This document shows positions 59,506 to 64,000 of a stretch of 64,000 nucleotides of DNA, in pieces. A model generated the notes under the pieces. That model was not told where the DNA came from. It did no database searches and worked only from the letters and a program-made list of their open reading frames with translations. The stretch spans positions 640,001-704,000 of the forward strand of contig OZ243913.1 in assembly GCA_965213705.1 (NCBI GenBank), given 5' to 3'. The DNA comes from Trueperaceae bacterium. GTDB taxonomy: Bacteria; Deinococcota; Deinococci; Deinococcales; Trueperaceae. A program made the position numbers and the translations under genes. The first letter of the stretch is position 1, and each line of letters opens with the position of its first letter.

Positions 59506-60525
59506 ATGCGTTATCTTTTGAGTTTTTTCGTAGTTTTGAGTCTAGCCCTCGCACAGTCCACACCCGACCTCGTTTTACCCGCAGGTTACACGGCCGAGGC
59601 TTTCATAACCGATTTACAGGGTCCCACCCAAATGATTCTCGGCCCGGACGGGCGCTTGTGGACGGCCCAACTCGCGGGTGGGGAGAACGCCGGAGCGGGT
59701 CAAGTTATAGCCCTGTCGCTCGAGACCGGCGAGCGCAAAACCCTGCTCGACAACCTTTCAAAGCCGACCGGTTTGGCGGTGCTGGACGACTACTTGTGGG
59801 TTGCTGCGGGCAACAGCTTGGTAAGAGCACCTTTGGACGGCAATAAAGTGGGCACCCCCGAGACCGTCCTGAGCAACCTCCCGTTCAACGGACGCTCGAA
59901 CGGCACCCTCACCGTGACGCCGGACGGCAAGTTACTTTTTGAAACGAGCGGGCGACGACAGGGCGACGGGGCGCAGCCGGGCTCGGCGACGCTGTGGGAA
60001 TTGCACCCGGACGCGCCCACCGAGCCCACAGCTTTCGCCACCGGCTTCAAGGGTGCCTACGCCCACACCTTCGACGCGGCAGGCAACCTGTTTAGCACTG
60101 AAATCGGCGACGACCCGGTCAACGGCTCCGCGCCGCCCGACGAACTCAACCTCGTGACGGCGGGCGGCGACTACGGCTGGCCGCAGTGTTTCGGCGATCG
60201 TCAGGCGGCCCGAAACTACGGCGGCACACCCGAAAAGTGTGCCGAAACGAAACCTGCCTTGGCCGTCTTCGCGCCGCAGTCCACGCCGACGAGCGTCGTC
60301 GTGTCGCCGTTCGAGGATGACGTGCTGCTCGTGGCCTTGTGGGGTCCGGCAAACACGAGCGTGGTGAGTGTTCCTTACGACCCTGAAACGCTTCGAGCCA
60401 GCGGTGAGGTCACAACGTTTGTCGACGGTTTGGCGCTGCCGCAGTCGTTGCTGGTGCTGCCGGACGGGAGTTTGCTGGTGAGCGACTTTGCCAGTGGGAC
60501 CGTTCACCGGGTCACCCGGCGCTGA
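59506..60525 (+). CDS. Secreted PQQ-dependent sugar dehydrogenase-like beta-propeller
   Basis: Signal peptide, GPDGRL repeats, DELNLV..GGDYGWP. Confidence 0.8.
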   Translation: MRYLLSFFVVLSLALAQSTPDLVLPAGYTAEAFITDLQGPTQMILGPDGRLWTAQLAGGENAGAGQVIALSLETGERKTLLDNLSKPTGLAVLDDYLWVAAGNSLVRAPLDGNKVGTPETVLSNLPFNGRSNGTLTVTPDGKLLFETSGRRQGDGAQPGSATLWELHPDAPTEPTAFATGFKGAYAHTFDAAGNLFSTEIGDDPVNGSAPPDELNLVTAGGDYGWPQCFGDRQAARNYGGTPEKCAETKPALAVFAPQSTPTSVVVSPFEDDVLLVALWGPANTSVVSVPYDPETLRASGEVTTFVDGLALPQSLLVLPDGSLLVSDFASGTVHRVTRR

Positions 60526-60612
60526 GGGTTTGTTTTAGCGGCTCGAGAACGTTTTGCGCTCGAGAAGACAGGGTTGAGACGACGCCACCACGCAAAAGGT
60601 AAGCTTGAAGCC

Positions 60613-61527
60613 ATGCGGGTCTGGTTCGTCTTCGTTTGCCTGTGCCTGAGTGCTTGCGCGCCGCGGGTGACTGCACCGCCCCCCGGCGCGCCCCCAACAG
60701 TCCCGGTAACGACGGGAGCGGTTGCGGCGAGCGGGTCGGCGGGTTGCGGTAAAACTGCGCCCGCCACGCCGCCCTCAAGCTTGAACGTCGGCGGGCGGGC
60801 GCGCGACTTCATCACCGCCCTGCCCGCCGACTACGACCCCGACCGACCTCACGCGCTCGTCGTGGCGTTTCACGGCCGGACGAACTCGAGCGCCCAAGCG
60901 CGGACCTATTTCGGCCTGGAAAGCGCCATGCCCGACACCTTGTTCGTCTACCCGAGCGGGCTGCGGCAGGGCCGGGGGTACAGCTGGGCAGACCCCGGCG
61001 ACCCGGAAGGCGCGCTGCGGGACTACGCTTTTTTCGACGCCATCGTGCAGACTATGTCGGGGTTGTACTGTTTGGCTCCGAGCCGCGTGTTCGTCGTCGG
61101 GCACTCGCTCGGGGCGTACTTTGCGAACAGCGTGGCTTGCGCGCGCGCAGGCGTGGTTCGGGCGGTCGCCTCGCTCGCGGGCGGCCCCGGCGGGTCGCAG
61201 TGCCGCGGGCCGGTTGCCGCGATGATCATGCACAACCCGAATGACCGCCACGTGGCGGTCGCGCAGGGCGCGGCGGCGCGTGACGTGTTCAGGGCCGCGG
61301 ACCACGCGACCGCTCCGGCCATGCCCGTGACCGACCCTCTTTTACGTGCATTTCGTTGTGTGCAGTACGGCGCTGCGCCCGACGCGGCGCTTTACCCAGT
61401 GCTGTTTTACCCAGTGCTGTGGTGCCCGCACCCGTTCGACACCCGCCACGACGGCAGCTATTACCCGCACACCTGGCCCCCACGGACGGCCGAAGCGGTG
61501 GCGATGTTTTTTGGGGCGCTGCCCTAA
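60613..61527 (+). CDS. Lipoprotein esterase (PHB depolymerase/feruloyl esterase-like)
   Basis: Lipobox LSAC, AFHG, GHSLG nucleophile, PHTWP. Confidence 0.75.
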   Translation: MRVWFVFVCLCLSACAPRVTAPPPGAPPTVPVTTGAVAASGSAGCGKTAPATPPSSLNVGGRARDFITALPADYDPDRPHALVVAFHGRTNSSAQARTYFGLESAMPDTLFVYPSGLRQGRGYSWADPGDPEGALRDYAFFDAIVQTMSGLYCLAPSRVFVVGHSLGAYFANSVACARAGVVRAVASLAGGPGGSQCRGPVAAMIMHNPNDRHVAVAQGAAARDVFRAADHATAPAMPVTDPLLRAFRCVQYGAAPDAALYPVLFYPVLWCPHPFDTRHDGSYYPHTWPPRTAEAVAMFFGALP

Positions 61528-61689
61528 AACACTCAAAACCTCTCAAAAATTTTTAGAGAGTTCGCCTCAAGGCTGCTTCAGTTTTGGTTACCGGGTCGTA
61601 AGCGTTCTTAGGAAGCCTCGAGCTGCAAGGCGCCAAACCTCATGCCTGCAGTGAAAAGGTGGGGCGAGAAAACCACAGGCGCTGACACC

Positions 61690-61965
61690 TCAGTTTTTGT
61701 CGAAACCCACCACGTCGCCGCGCCAGCCGTAGAGCAGCGCGTCGATGTCGTGCGCTTGCATGGGTTCCGGGTCGACCGGGACGACGTCGACGACGGCGCC
61801 GGTAGGCAGCAGCGCGGCCACCTCGTAAGCGCGGTCGTGGGCAAGTTCCAGCGTCATGAGTAGGTCGTAGGCCTTGGCGGTAAACTCGGTGACGTTGCCG
61901 TTTTTCAAGTAAGCAAAGGCGGAGGGCCAGTAGCAGCGGTAGAGCGTCAGTTCAGCGGTTTTCAT
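61690..61965 (-). CDS. Small hypothetical protein
   Basis: 91 aa ORF with AGGAG RBS. Confidence 0.6.
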   Translation of the reverse strand: MKTAELTLYRCYWPSAFAYLKNGNVTEFTAKAYDLLMTLELAHDRAYEVAALLPTGAVVDVVPVDPEPMQAHDIDALLYGWRGDVVGFDKN

Positions 61966-62232
61966 GCCTCGTCTCCTAACAAGCTTGGCTTGGAACACTC
62001 CCCGGCCCCTTTCTCGGTTTAAGAGTTGGGCGAAAACGTGTTGCCTGCCGTTGAACCGACTATAGGGTTCGCGCCCTTACAAAAATCTTACGAACAGCGT
62101 TTGGGACGGCTTAACCGGTGCGAACAATGTCACAATAACCTCTGTCTTACTCGGCCCCACAGCTTGGCACGGCCTCATCAGGGGGGTGTCAGGCACTTAC
62201 ACCGCTCGCCCTCAACGGCTAACATTAGGACG

Positions 62233-62706
62233 ATGACGAGTCGAGAGATGCAAGCTCACTTCGGCTACTATGCCTGGGCCACGACGCGAATGCTGGACGC
62301 TTGCGAAGAACTGAGCGAAACCGCTTTGTCGAGCCCTACCGGGGGCGCGTTCGGGTCGGTGTTCGCAACCTTGGTTCACCTTTACAGCGCCGAGGACATC
62401 TGGTTGGCGCGTTGGCAGGGTCAAGAGCGGGGATTTACGCCCACCGACGCCTTTGCAGGCTTGGAGCCCCTCCGCACAGCTTGGGGCCTCAAACAAGCCG
62501 AGCTTGCAACCTTTTTGCAAACAACCGACCCGGGAGAGGTGTTCGCGGCGCGCGACTTCTCTCATCCGCTGTGGCACATGGTCTTGCACCTGAGCGACCA
62601 CGGCAGCTTTCACCGCGGCCAGGTGATGCACTTTTTGCGCATTGCCGGGGTCGCGCCGCCGCCGAGCAACTTTATCCACTACCTGCGCGCTCGAGCCGAC
62701 GAGTAG
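62233..62706 (+). CDS. DinB family protein
   Basis: SVFATLVHL..AE..W, HL.DHGSFHRGQ. Confidence 0.88.
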   Translation: MTSREMQAHFGYYAWATTRMLDACEELSETALSSPTGGAFGSVFATLVHLYSAEDIWLARWQGQERGFTPTDAFAGLEPLRTAWGLKQAELATFLQTTDPGEVFAARDFSHPLWHMVLHLSDHGSFHRGQVMHFLRIAGVAPPPSNFIHYLRARADE

Positions 62707-62745
62707 GTTCAAAGTCGGGCGCGACCCGCTCAGCTGCCGAGCCCG

Positions 62746-63441
62746 TCAGCCGCCGAGTTTGATGGTGGCCTTGCCGCTTCGCAGGGTGAACGTGGCGCTG
62801 AAACCGTCCAGGGTGGGCTCGCTCTCGGCGGTCAGCGCAAAGGCGAAGCGGCCCGTGTTCGGCGTGTTTTGCCCGTCCAGGCGGAGGACGGCGACGAACG
62901 CCGCCAGCGTACTGCGCTCGCTTGCCGAAACGCTCAAGGCCGAGGCGAGGCTGGCCGGGTCGCCCACGTAGGCGTAACCGCAACTCAGCGCGCCCACGTC
63001 GCAGGCCGCGTCACGCGTGAAAACAAGCTCGAGGTCGTGACTGAACGCTAAGGTAGCCGCGCCGTTCGCTTCGTCGCTCAGGTTCGCGGCTCCGGCGCTG
63101 CGAATTAAGGTAAAGCTCGTCGGAAACCTCTCGGTGACGGGTCGGCTCAAGCTCACCTCGGGGCCGAAGCCTACCTGAACGTCCAGGCGCGCCAAGGAAA
63201 AGCCGCGCAAGTCGAGTTCTTGGTCGTCGAACGTGCGCGTGAAGGTGGCCTGCGCTTGGCTGTTTGCCTGGCTCGTGAGGCCTGCTTGGCGAGTGTCCGC
63301 GTCTGCGAAGGTCGTGGTCAGACTCTGACCCTCGACGCCGAACGGGTCGGCTATCTCAAGAGGTGGAACGAAAGCGGCGACCAGGCCGCAGCCGCTCAAA
63401 AGCACGGGCAGGGCCACGACAAGAAAATAGCGAGCATTCAT
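62746..63441 (-). CDS. Hypothetical lipoprotein
   Basis: Lipobox LSGC; AGAGG RBS. Confidence 0.65.
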   Translation of the reverse strand: MNARYFLVVALPVLLSGCGLVAAFVPPLEIADPFGVEGQSLTTTFADADTRQAGLTSQANSQAQATFTRTFDDQELDLRGFSLARLDVQVGFGPEVSLSRPVTERFPTSFTLIRSAGAANLSDEANGAATLAFSHDLELVFTRDAACDVGALSCGYAYVGDPASLASALSVSASERSTLAAFVAVLRLDGQNTPNTGRFAFALTAESEPTLDGFSATFTLRSGKATIKLGG

Positions 63442-63790
63442 CTGAACCTCTTTCTCGAGTTTTATACCGCTGGGACGACGGCGGCTTGCGCCCTTCGTTT
63501 GTGAGAACCGGTTCTCGGGTCACCAAAACTGTTCGGTGCCGGTATTCGCTCGCCCCGGCCGTCCGCAACCGGCGCGGCGAGAACGCCGGCCTCTTGCTAA
63601 GTCTAGGGTGCGTTCTCCCCTCGGGGCTAGGAGGTTTGTTACTTCTTGGTCGTCTCTTTTGGGGTTTTTGCGTTCGGTGTGTTTTGCGTTTTGGGCCTTT
63701 GCCGCGCGTTGCGAAAAGGGCGTTTTGAGGTTTGGTCCCGCGCGCCGCGCGTGTCTTTTGTGTCCCTGCATGTCTCCGTGTCTCAACGCC

Positions 63791-63819
63791 TTGACACTTT
63801 CGCTTTACCTTCCTATACT
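63791..63819 (+). promoter_or_regulatory. Canonical sigma-70 promoter
   Basis: TTGACA (63791-63796), 17 nt spacer, TATACT (63814-63819). Confidence 0.8.
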
Positions 63820-63828
63820 TTGCAGCCT

Positions 63829-64000
63829 ATGTCGACACCCGCCGAGCCCAAACAAAACGCCGTTTTGAACCTGGCCCAACTCCTGGGCGGCGACGTCAGC
63901 GCCTACGAGGTCGAGGAAGAAGGCCTGCTCGCGCCGAGCGACGAACTGCTCGACGCCGACGGTCTACGTTTGCTCGAGCCCCTCAGTTGGCACCTCACCG
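63829..64000 (+). CDS. Probable YceD/DUF177 family protein, 3'-truncated by window edge
   Basis: Open frame MSTPAEPKQNAVLNLAQLL...LRLLEPLSWHLT after a strong promoter; family by resemblance only. Confidence 0.5.
   Translation, partial: MSTPAEPKQNAVLNLAQLLGGDVSAYEVEEEGLLAPSDELLDADGLRLLEPLSWHLT

Noticed and set aside
61392..61421. Short in-frame tandem duplications (also 5805-5834, 10419-10456, 38278-38306, 40694-40737)
   Set aside because: Isolated slippage-type duplications with no shared sequence or evident function
63520..63786. Small basic ORF or ncRNA
   Set aside because: No recognisable motif, poor RBS spacing and no clear conserved structure

Overview
GC-rich chromosomal segment most consistent with a Deinococcota bacterium (Truepera/Deinococcales-like). 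The basis is an archaeal/eukaryote-type ProRS, many TANNNT boxes 5-7 nt before ATG (leaderless starts), a Rad52/DdrA-like gene and Deinococcus-type small repeats. The backbone carries proS, lutABC, a tRNA nucleotidyltransferase, coaE, tkt, bioY, tRNA-Pro(CGG), a ymdB-like gene, uvrA and many hydrolases and oxidoreductases. The stand-out region is 43.1-51.8 kb. It holds six type II toxin-antitoxin pairs (one with a nonsense-inactivated toxin) plus one deleted relic, packed into about 4.5 kb. Each pair is separated by a degenerate ~100-140 bp repeat anchored on GCTCGAG that also carries a -10 box and leaderless ATG, and no integrase is present in the window. The array is followed by an AT-rich two-gene, defence-like operon whose first gene is split by an IS701-family element (16 bp TIRs, GAAT target duplication) and a frameshift. 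Other notable items are window-wide CTCGAG enrichment with GATC avoidance, an unannotated structured small transcript at 28.5-28.7 kb, and a secreted cyanophycinase bracketed by inverted small repeats. All family assignments are by eye from motifs; no database searches were run.
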